Of a stretch of DNA of 33,793 nucleotides, positions 17,505-24,568 are shown one piece after another; the first letter of the stretch is position 1, and the number at the start of each line of letters is the position of its first letter. The stretch lies in assembly GCA_046583355.1 (NCBI GenBank), contig JAYGCM010000011.1, forward strand, positions 1 through 33,793. The letters run 5' to 3'. The notes beneath the pieces were generated by a model. It searched no databases. It saw nothing but the letters and a program-made list of their open reading frames with translations, and was not told the DNA's origin. The translations under genes were made by a program, and so were the position numbers. The stretch is from Deltaproteobacteria bacterium. Lineage in GTDB: Bacteria > Desulfobacterota > Binatia > UBA12015.

Positions 17505-18692
17505 TTAGCCCACGGCCTGAAAGGGTAGGGTCTCGTGGCGGCGGACATGGACGCCGGTGGCATATTCGGCGGCATCGAAATCGACCGAAAACTCGGGGCA
17601 ACGTGCCAGCAACTCTTCCAGCACCAATTGCCCTTGTAGCCTCGCGACGGCGGCGCCGATGCAATAATGCGGGCCCACTGTGAAGGCGAGAATCCGATCG
17701 ATCTTGCGCTCGACGTTGAACGCGCCTGCGCTTTCGCCGAACTCGCGCTCGTCGCGGTTGGCCGAGCCATAATGCAACAGCACGCGTTTGCCCTTGGGGA
17801 TCACTTTTCCGTGGATTTCGACATCGCGCATCGTCGTGCGGGCGAGATCCTGCACTGGCGAGGTGAGGCGCAGCACTTCTTCGACCGCGCCGCGGATGAG
17901 GCTGGGGTTGTCGCGGAGCTTGCGTCGTTGCTCGGGGTAGCGCGTCAGCAACTCGGCGGCGCCACCGATCATGCCAGTGGCGGTATCGTTGCCGCCGGCG
18001 ATCATCACGAAGGCGTATCCGAGGATCTCGAGGATCTCGAGCTTGGTGCCGTCAAAGTCGGCATGCGCGAGTTGGGTGATCAGGTCTTCTCCGGGGTCGC
18101 GGCGTTTGGCTTCGATCAACTCGGTGAAATAGGCGTAGAGCTCCGCGGCGGCAGCCGCGCCATCTGCGGAGCCGAGCAGGTCACCGGTTGCCGCGCCCCC
18201 GACAATGGCATGCGTCCAGCCGTCGAAGAGGCCTCGGTCCTGCGCGGGTACACCGAGGTAATTGGCGACCACCCAACAGGGCAGCGGGCGGGCCAGGCCG
18301 GCGATGAAATCGCAGCGGTCTGCGGCGCGCATCTCTTCGATCCGTGCGGCGATATACGAGCGCATCGCTGGTTCCAGATCGGTCGCCTTGCGCGGCGTGA
18401 AGCCGGCGCTGATCAGCTTGCGAAACGCCGTATGCTGCGGCGGGTCCATCATGACCATGGTCGGGGCGAGGTTCATCGCCTCCATATCTCCGTAATTTGT
18501 CGTCAGCCCCGAGGCCGAGGAGAAGGTCGCCACATCGCGGGCGGCCTGCCAGACATCCTCGAATCGGCTGAGGACCCAATAATCGCCCTTCTCGACATGA
18601 AATACGGGCGCTTGGTCGCGCAGCGCGCGGTACCCGTCCCAAGGGTCGCGCCAGCTTTCACCACTACGTGGCTCATAATTCAGAGATTGCAT
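17505..18692 (-). CDS. cytochrome P450 (CYP130-like)
   Basis: I-helix AGGNDT, EEVLR (ExxR), heme loop FTVGPHYCIG; AGGAGG RBS before ATG 18692. Segments such as TFSSASGLTTNYG and LRLTSPVQ recall M. tuberculosis CYP130 (from memory, not a search). Confidence 0.95.
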   Translation of the reverse strand: MQSLNYEPRSGESWRDPWDGYRALRDQAPVFHVEKGDYWVLSRFEDVWQAARDVATFSSASGLTTNYGDMEAMNLAPTMVMMDPPQHTAFRKLISAGFTPRKATDLEPAMRSYIAARIEEMRAADRCDFIAGLARPLPCWVVANYLGVPAQDRGLFDGWTHAIVGGAATGDLLGSADGAAAAAELYAYFTELIEAKRRDPGEDLITQLAHADFDGTKLEILEILGYAFVMIAGGNDTATGMIGGAAELLTRYPEQRRKLRDNPSLIRGAVEEVLRLTSPVQDLARTTMRDVEIHGKVIPKGKRVLLHYGSANRDEREFGESAGAFNVERKIDRILAFTVGPHYCIGAAVARLQGQLVLEELLARCPEFSVDFDAAEYATGVHVRRHETLPFQAVG

Positions 18693-18811
18693 CGATGGCC
18701 TCCTGCTAGAACAGATCGCCAGATCTGTTCGCATGAGACAGGGCCGGATTTCAAGCTCTCGGCCAGCCGGTCCGCTGAATTTTCCGGATCGAAACCTCTT
18801 TCACTCGACAA

Positions 18812-18945
18812 CGGGTAGGGGAGCAGCCCCCCTCCAACGCCCCCAGCACCACACATCCTGGGGCTACCTCTCCCTATTCCGTCTCGAGCTTGCCTGAACG
18901 CCATCCACAACCGCATCCACATCCGCAATCACACGTTCCAGGCAT
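18812..18945 (-). ncRNA. candidate sigma54-dependent structured small RNA (or structured 5' leader of the P450 gene)
   Basis: Begins at the expected +1 of a perfect sigma54 promoter. Stem 18934-18944/18891-18900 closes a 33-nt GU-repeat loop. A second long stem, 18860-18881/18812-18830, has G-U pairs that favour the minus strand. Confidence 0.55.
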
Positions 18946-18956
18946 ACTGACGCTTC

Positions 18957-18971
18957 GCAAGAGCAGTGCCA
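18957..18971 (-). promoter_or_regulatory. sigma54 (-24/-12) promoter
   Basis: TGGCAC-TGCTC-TTGC is an exact match to TGGCAC-N5-TTGC and is intergenic. Confidence 0.75.
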
Positions 18972-19069
18972 CTCCGAAATTCGGGAAAGTCTCGCAAAAG
19001 CAGGGGATTGTGCCGTGTTGGGGTTCCGGAAAGCGGCAAGATCTCGTCACTTTGTGATAGGCAGGTGGC

Positions 19070-19465
19070 ATGCGGACCAATCCGGGGACCTCCTTATGGA
19101 TTTCGCGCGAGCGTTTCCGCGGCCTCGTGGCCGAGGCCCTCGACGGTATTCCGCAGCGAATCCACGCAAGCATCGCCAATGTCGAGGTGGTCGTCGAGGA
19201 CGAGCCTGGCAAAGAGTTGGTCGCCGACCTCGGCTACGACCCAGGCGCGGATTCACTTTTTGGTCTCTATCAGGGCGTGCCGCTGGACGAACGCGGCGGC
19301 GGCGTGCCAACCCTTCCGGATCGGATCGTAATCTATTACCTTCCCTTGATTGATGCGCATCGCGACGAGTATCACCTGCGTCTTGAGGTGCGACGCACTG
19401 TGATTCATGAACTTGGTCATTATTTCGGGTTTGACGATCATCATCTACGAGGAAGAGGCTTCTGA
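19070..19465 (+). CDS. zincin-like metallopeptidase (Zincin_1/DUF1025-like)
   Basis: LFGLYQGVPL, LPDRIVIY and TVIHELGHYFG. Confidence 0.9.
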   Translation: MRTNPGTSLWISRERFRGLVAEALDGIPQRIHASIANVEVVVEDEPGKELVADLGYDPGADSLFGLYQGVPLDERGGGVPTLPDRIVIYYLPLIDAHRDEYHLRLEVRRTVIHELGHYFGFDDHHLRGRGF

Positions 19466-19500
19466 GTTTTTCAATTGATACTCGTGCAACCGACCTTGAA

Positions 19501-20988
19501 GTGATGACTCGCGAGGGGGTGGACCTCCTCGTGGTCGGCGGCGGCATCACGGGTGCCGGTATTGCGCGTGACGCGGCGATGCGTGGTATCTCGGTCGGTC
19601 TGATCGAGCGCGGCGATTTCGCCTCCGGCACCTCAAGCCGCTCCTCGAAACTGATCCACGGAGGGCTGCGCTACCTGCAACAGGGCGAGATCGGCATGGT
19701 GCTCGAGTCCGCACGCGAGCGCCAATGCCTGACCGAGATCGCGCCGCATCTCGCCCACCATGCGCGCATGGCCATGCCGGTACACGGTCGGACCCGCGCC
19801 GGCCTGCTGAAATTCCGCACCGGCCTCTGGGCCTTCGAAAAATTGGCCAAGCCGCCGAAGGACGACCGCCACGAGCTCTGGAGCCGCGAGGAATCGCTTG
19901 CGCATATGCCGGGCCTTGAGTCCGACAATCTGCAAGGCACGATCGTCTATACAGAATATATTACAGACGATGCGCGGCTGACCTTGGAGACGCTGAAATC
20001 CGCGAAGCGCTATGGTGCCCGGATCATCAACCGCGCACCGGCGACTTCCCTGGCGGAAGAAGAGCCCCGGACCTCGGTATCGGAGGTCGGCCGCAGCCGC
20101 ACACAGCGCCTCTGTGTTGGTATTCGTGACGAACTCAGCGGCAAGCGCTTCGAGGTGCGTGCCTCGGTCGTGGTCAATGCGGCCGGCCCGTGGGTGGACG
20201 CGATTCGCAAACTCGGCGGTGCCTCGCGCAACCGGATGCAACTGAGCAAGGGCATCCATCTGGTGCTCCCCCGTGAGCGGCTCCCGGTCAACGATATTGT
20301 GGTGATGCGGGCGCCGGACAAGCGCATGGTTTTTGTCGTGCCCTGGGAAGATATCGTCTGGATCGGCACGACCGATACCTTCTACCCCAAGGCTGTTGAG
20401 CGCCCCGAGATCACGCGTGAGGAGGTCGACTATTTGCTTGATTCGACCAATCGGGCCTGGCCCGAAGCGGGGATCGACGCGGGGGATGTCCGCGGTGCCT
20501 GGGCCGGCGTGCGGCCCTTGCTCCGCCAAGAGGGAAAGAAGCCCTCCGAGGTCTCACGCAAAGACGAGGTGCTGATCGAGCCCAACGGATTGCTCTCGAT
20601 TGCCGGCGGTAAGCTCACGACCTATCGGAAGATGGCCGAGCGCGTGGTTGATGCGGTCGTCGAACGTCTAGAGCCCGGCGCGAAACCGTGCCGGACGGCG
20701 AAGGTGCCCTTGGTTGAGGGCGAGACGCCCGTGCCGATGGTGCGCACCAGCCTGTCGGCCGCCGAGATCGAGTATGCGATCGACGAAGAATGCGCCATCT
20801 CTGTGGTGGACGTCTTGGAGCGTCGAGCGCGGGCCAACCTTTTTGCTGGCGACAACGGCCTCGGTGCGACCGAGGCTGTGGCGGCGGCCTTGGCCGCCCG
20901 CCAGAGCTGGTCAGACGAACAAATTGAAAACGAGATTCAGGCCTATCGGGCACGGGTCGCTGAAGATGTCGCCTGGCGGCAGGAATAG
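19501..20988 (+). CDS. glpD: FAD-dependent glycerol-3-phosphate dehydrogenase/oxidase
   Basis: VGGGITGAGIARDAA, DFASGTSSRSSKLIHGGLRYL, DDARL, VNAAGPWVD, GTTD, AGVRPL and GGKLTTYRKMAE. The true start may be at 19462 (see findings). Confidence 0.9.
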   Translation: MMTREGVDLLVVGGGITGAGIARDAAMRGISVGLIERGDFASGTSSRSSKLIHGGLRYLQQGEIGMVLESARERQCLTEIAPHLAHHARMAMPVHGRTRAGLLKFRTGLWAFEKLAKPPKDDRHELWSREESLAHMPGLESDNLQGTIVYTEYITDDARLTLETLKSAKRYGARIINRAPATSLAEEEPRTSVSEVGRSRTQRLCVGIRDELSGKRFEVRASVVVNAAGPWVDAIRKLGGASRNRMQLSKGIHLVLPRERLPVNDIVVMRAPDKRMVFVVPWEDIVWIGTTDTFYPKAVERPEITREEVDYLLDSTNRAWPEAGIDAGDVRGAWAGVRPLLRQEGKKPSEVSRKDEVLIEPNGLLSIAGGKLTTYRKMAERVVDAVVERLEPGAKPCRTAKVPLVEGETPVPMVRTSLSAAEIEYAIDEECAISVVDVLERRARANLFAGDNGLGATEAVAAALAARQSWSDEQIENEIQAYRARVAEDVAWRQE

Positions 20989-20996
20989 GAATCCCG

Positions 20997-22397
20997 ATGC
21001 AGGCCATCGAAGCGATCGAGGCCGCTCTTCCGACGGGAAGAGTGGTGCGGGACGAGAGTGTGCGCGCGGCTCATGCGCACGATTATTGGGCTCTGGAGGC
21101 CATCCGCGACCACGGTGAGCGCAAGGCGCCGCCGCCCGCTTGTGTGGTTTTCCCGGAAAGTACCGAAGAAGTCTCGATCGTTCTGCGTCTCGCCAATGAG
21201 GCGGGCACGCCGGTGGTTCCCTACGGCCTGGGCTCCGGAGTCTGTGGCGCCGTGCGGCCGGGCGCGAGTGCGATCGTGCTGGACCTCTCCCGCATGAATT
21301 CTGTTCTGGCGACCCGTTCCGAGACCTTGACGGCCTGCGTGCAGGCCGGCATGCGTGGCTCGGATTTCGAGGCGCATCTCGCGTCGGCCGGCCTGACGCT
21401 CGGACATTTTCCGCAATCGATTGAAGTCTCGACCGTCGGCGGCTGGGTTGCGACCCGCGCCTCGGGCCAGTTCTCGACCCGCTACGGCAATATCGAGGAG
21501 ATGGTTCTTGCACTCGAGGTCGTGCTCGCCGATGGCCGCATCATGCGGACCTTTCCGACCCCGCGCAGCTCGACCGGGCCGGATCTGAAGAGCCTGATCC
21601 TGGGCTCGGAGGGCACGCTCGGCGTCGTAACCGAGATCACCTTCAAGGTCTGGCCGAAGCCGACCTTCCAGACTGGCACGGCCTTTCGCCTGAAAACTTG
21701 GGAAGACGGCCTCGAAATTACCCGCGAATTGCTCCGCGACGGCTGGCGTCCGGTGGTTTTGCGTCTCTACGACGGCACTGAAGCCAATCGCAATTTCGGC
21801 GAATGGGTTCCCGAGTCCACCCCCATGCTTCTGATGATGACCGAGGGCAGCACGGCCATGGAGCCTGCGCTCGAGCTGGAAATGGCCGCCATGCGCGCGG
21901 CCTGTGAGAAGCGCCAGGGAGTGGATCTGGGCGACGGCGCTCTGCAACATTGGCTCGGCCACCGCAACACGGTTCCTTCTTGGGACGAGCTTCTGGCGGC
22001 CGGCCTGGTCGTCGATACCATCGAAATCGCGGCCACCTGGGATCGTATCGGCCCGGTCTACGAAAAAGTGACAGCTGCGATCGCTGCGGTGCCCGGCATT
22101 CTGATCGCCAGCGGCCATACCTCGCATGCTTACCCGACCGGCGTCAACATTTATTTCACCTTCATCGGCCAATCCGAAGAAAACGAAGAACAAGAGCGCA
22201 TCTATTCGGCCGCCTGGAACGCCGCGATGGAAGCGACAATGAAATGCGGCGGCACCATCGCCCACCACCACGGCATCGGCCGCGTCCGCCGCGACCATCT
22301 CCCACGCGAACTCGGCGAGGGCGCCATGGCCGTACTCCACTCTCTGAAAAAAGCACTAGACCCCAAAGGCATCCTCAACCCCGACGTCCTGATGTAG
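20997..22397 (+). CDS. FAD-binding oxidoreductase, alkyl-dihydroxyacetonephosphate synthase-like
   Basis: VAO/PCMH FAD motifs (PVVPYGLGSGV, LGHFPQSIEVSTVGGWVATRASGQFSTRYG, GSEGTLGVVTE), SHAY and a C-terminal AHHHGIG triple-His. Confidence 0.85.
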   Translation: MQAIEAIEAALPTGRVVRDESVRAAHAHDYWALEAIRDHGERKAPPPACVVFPESTEEVSIVLRLANEAGTPVVPYGLGSGVCGAVRPGASAIVLDLSRMNSVLATRSETLTACVQAGMRGSDFEAHLASAGLTLGHFPQSIEVSTVGGWVATRASGQFSTRYGNIEEMVLALEVVLADGRIMRTFPTPRSSTGPDLKSLILGSEGTLGVVTEITFKVWPKPTFQTGTAFRLKTWEDGLEITRELLRDGWRPVVLRLYDGTEANRNFGEWVPESTPMLLMMTEGSTAMEPALELEMAAMRAACEKRQGVDLGDGALQHWLGHRNTVPSWDELLAAGLVVDTIEIAATWDRIGPVYEKVTAAIAAVPGILIASGHTSHAYPTGVNIYFTFIGQSEENEEQERIYSAAWNAAMEATMKCGGTIAHHHGIGRVRRDHLPRELGEGAMAVLHSLKKALDPKGILNPDVLM

Positions 22398-22402
22398 GGG
22401 AG

Positions 22403-22441
22403 GGGACGTGTGTTACGGATTCGCCAATCGGTTACGCATTC
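22403..22441. repeat. additional copy of the REP-like element
   Basis: GGGACGTGTGTTACGGATTCG is 20/21 identical to 17180-17200 and is followed by a second GTTACGCATTC at the same 19-bp offset as in the selC-proximal copy. Confidence 0.8.
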
Positions 22442-22539
22442 GCCCCCCAAGCCCTCTCGGCAACGGCCGCGTGACGTAGCGGCTGATTTGGGCCCGGCTG
22501 ACACCGAGAAAACGCGCAACATCCGCAGCCCGCACGCGG

Positions 22540-23769
22540 CTACGCGAGGGCGGGGCGTAGCTCAAGCAACTTGGGCGTATAGACCGGGTCGGGGATCATG
22601 CCGGTGCGCCGCAACGCTTCGGCCAGGAGGTCGTGGACCTCGTTTTCGATCAGGAAGGAGACGTGGCCGCCGCGGTACCAGACCAGGCGCGGGCGTCCCC
22701 AATGGCGCCAGAGTGCGCGTGCTTGCTCGGGCGGCGCTACTTGGTCGTAGAGGCCGGCGAAGAGGAAGCAGCGGTTTTTGTCGGTTTTGAGCGGCATCTC
22801 CAGGGGCGAGACGACCCGCAGCATTTCGCAGACATTATCCCAGGGGAAGCCGAGAAGGCCCGTCAGGCGCACGGCCCAACCGGCGGTATTGGCTTGCACC
22901 AGGTCGACGAAATCGACTGCCGGGATGCCGGCGACGACGCAATCGAGGTCGTCTTCGAGCGAGGCGACGAGGGCCGCCGTATAGCTGCCGAGCGAGAGGC
23001 CGTAGATGCCCACGGCGGGCGCTCCCTGCTCGCGGATCCAGGCGATCAGCTTGCGGGTATCCCAGACGGCCTGCGCTTGGGCGTGGACGGTGTCGAGGAA
23101 ATCACCGGCGAGGAAGAAATCGCCGCTGCGCCGCCCGGCGGTGCGCGGTCCGTGGAAGGGCAGCACTGGGATTGCCACGTTCAGGCCGAGGTCGCGGTGC
23201 AGCCAATGGACGCGAAACGCGACCGTGTCGACCATTTCCTGGCCCATGCGGTAGCCCGGGATGCAGACGACCCAAGGGCGGTCTTCGCCGGCGTGGCGGA
23301 AGATTCGGGCATGCGCCGTATGGTTGGATTCGTAATCGAGCCAACGCTCGCGTCCAGGTTCGTCTTCCCAGGGCGCGTAGCCGCTCTCGAAGCTGATGCG
23401 CTCCGCGGCCAAGCCGGTGATCTCGGCCGATTCGACCTCGATTGTGTCGGGCGCGCATGGTGTGCGGTGGTAGCTTGCGGGATCGTCGATCCAGCCGTTG
23501 TCCTGGAAAAAGGCCACGGCTTCCTTGGTTTCTTCGGCGATGCGCTCGGCGTCGAAGACGGCCAGAGGGGCGCCGGCCAGCAGCTCGGTGACAAAGAAGA
23601 TCTCGTCCAGCGCTGCTCTGGCGCGGACGCCGAAGCCCGGGTTGCCCGGGCCGCGTGCTACAAGTTGCTGTCCTTCGGGCTCGCCTAGCCAGCGAGCGCC
23701 GAGAATGAAGGGAAGTGCGAGGAGGCGACCTGCCAACCCCGCTATTTGCATCAGGCTTTCTTGAACCAT
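22540..23769 (-). CDS. alpha/beta hydrolase (Rv2627c-like)
   Basis: Nucleophile elbow GLSLG, PVLPFHGPR, AQAVWD, YDQV and GGH; layout recalls mycobacterial Rv2627c (from memory). Confidence 0.82.
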   Translation of the reverse strand: MVQESLMQIAGLAGRLLALPFILGARWLGEPEGQQLVARGPGNPGFGVRARAALDEIFFVTELLAGAPLAVFDAERIAEETKEAVAFFQDNGWIDDPASYHRTPCAPDTIEVESAEITGLAAERISFESGYAPWEDEPGRERWLDYESNHTAHARIFRHAGEDRPWVVCIPGYRMGQEMVDTVAFRVHWLHRDLGLNVAIPVLPFHGPRTAGRRSGDFFLAGDFLDTVHAQAQAVWDTRKLIAWIREQGAPAVGIYGLSLGSYTAALVASLEDDLDCVVAGIPAVDFVDLVQANTAGWAVRLTGLLGFPWDNVCEMLRVVSPLEMPLKTDKNRCFLFAGLYDQVAPPEQARALWRHWGRPRLVWYRGGHVSFLIENEVHDLLAEALRRTGMIPDPVYTPKLLELRPALA

Positions 23770-23870
23770 TTCTTGGGGGCCCTCGGTCAGTCGAGGTTCA
23801 TGACGCTCCGCATTATCAACTTTGGCGGTGCGGGGGAAGAGCCGTGCCGAAAGTTCTCGGGCCTTCGAAA

Positions 23871-24524
23871 TCAGGCATCTTTTTCGTCCGGGAGGCCGAG
23901 TCCGAGCCTGCGCGCGGCATCGCGTAGGCAGGAGACGGTGGATTCTTCGTCGGCGACGATCAATTCGAGCAGCGAGCGCGACTCGATATCGTCTTCGATC
24001 TGCTCGATTACCTCGCGCAGAGGCCCGGTGGCTGTCTCGATATCGGGCAGCCGGGCTAGAACTTCCTTGAGCTTTTCGGCATCGGATACGTCCGTCGAGG
24101 CAAGTCGGGCGCGGGTTGCCTCGGCAAAGCTAGCCGGTAGGTTGGCGTTCTCTGCGCCGCCAAGCTCGCTTAGGCGCGCCGCCAGCATGACCCCGTGCAT
24201 GGCCTCGCGCGCGCCGATTGCACGCAGCGTGCCGCGCAGGCCAGGGTCGCTAGCCACGCGCTGCCAGAGGTCGAAGATGGTGCCGCCGAAGGCCTCGCCG
24301 GCGCGCAATTCATCAAGGAAATGCACCACGAGGTCACGCTCTGCGTGGAAAATCTTGCCCTGGCTCTTCCATACTCGGGCCGGCGGCGGCGGGGCGGCCA
24401 GGGGGCGCACAGGCCGGCCATTGATCTCGGTCAGCTGCTCCTCGAAGATCTCGTCGGAGATCAGCCCTTTGCGGTAGGCCTTGAGGAGCTGGCGGAGCTC
24501 GAAGTTATGGTCGGGTGTCGGCAT
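23871..24524 (-). CDS. hypothetical protein: N-terminal SHOCT-like motif plus ferritin-like helical domain
   Basis: From ATG 24524: ELRQLLKAYRKGLISDEIFEEQ (SHOCT-like), a Pro-rich linker, then DELRAGE, REAMH and ADEES helices. Confidence 0.7.
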   Translation of the reverse strand: MPTPDHNFELRQLLKAYRKGLISDEIFEEQLTEINGRPVRPLAAPPPPARVWKSQGKIFHAERDLVVHFLDELRAGEAFGGTIFDLWQRVASDPGLRGTLRAIGAREAMHGVMLAARLSELGGAENANLPASFAEATRARLASTDVSDAEKLKEVLARLPDIETATGPLREVIEQIEDDIESRSLLELIVADEESTVSCLRDAARRLGLGLPDEKDA

Positions 24525-24568
24525 GGGAAAGGTCCAGAAAGGATCGTCGTCGGATCCGCCCTTGGACT

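Noticed and set aside
18901..18921. CCATCCACA and GCATCCACA resemble DnaA boxes (TTATCCACA)
   Set aside because: Each has two mismatches, there is no AT-rich unwinding element and no dnaA/dnaN context. The stem-loop and sigma54 promoter explain them better.
17175..22441. Repeats considered as a CRISPR array or as ends of a mobile element
   Set aside because: Too few copies, mixed orientation, no regular spacers, no cas or transposase gene, and no target-site duplication seen.
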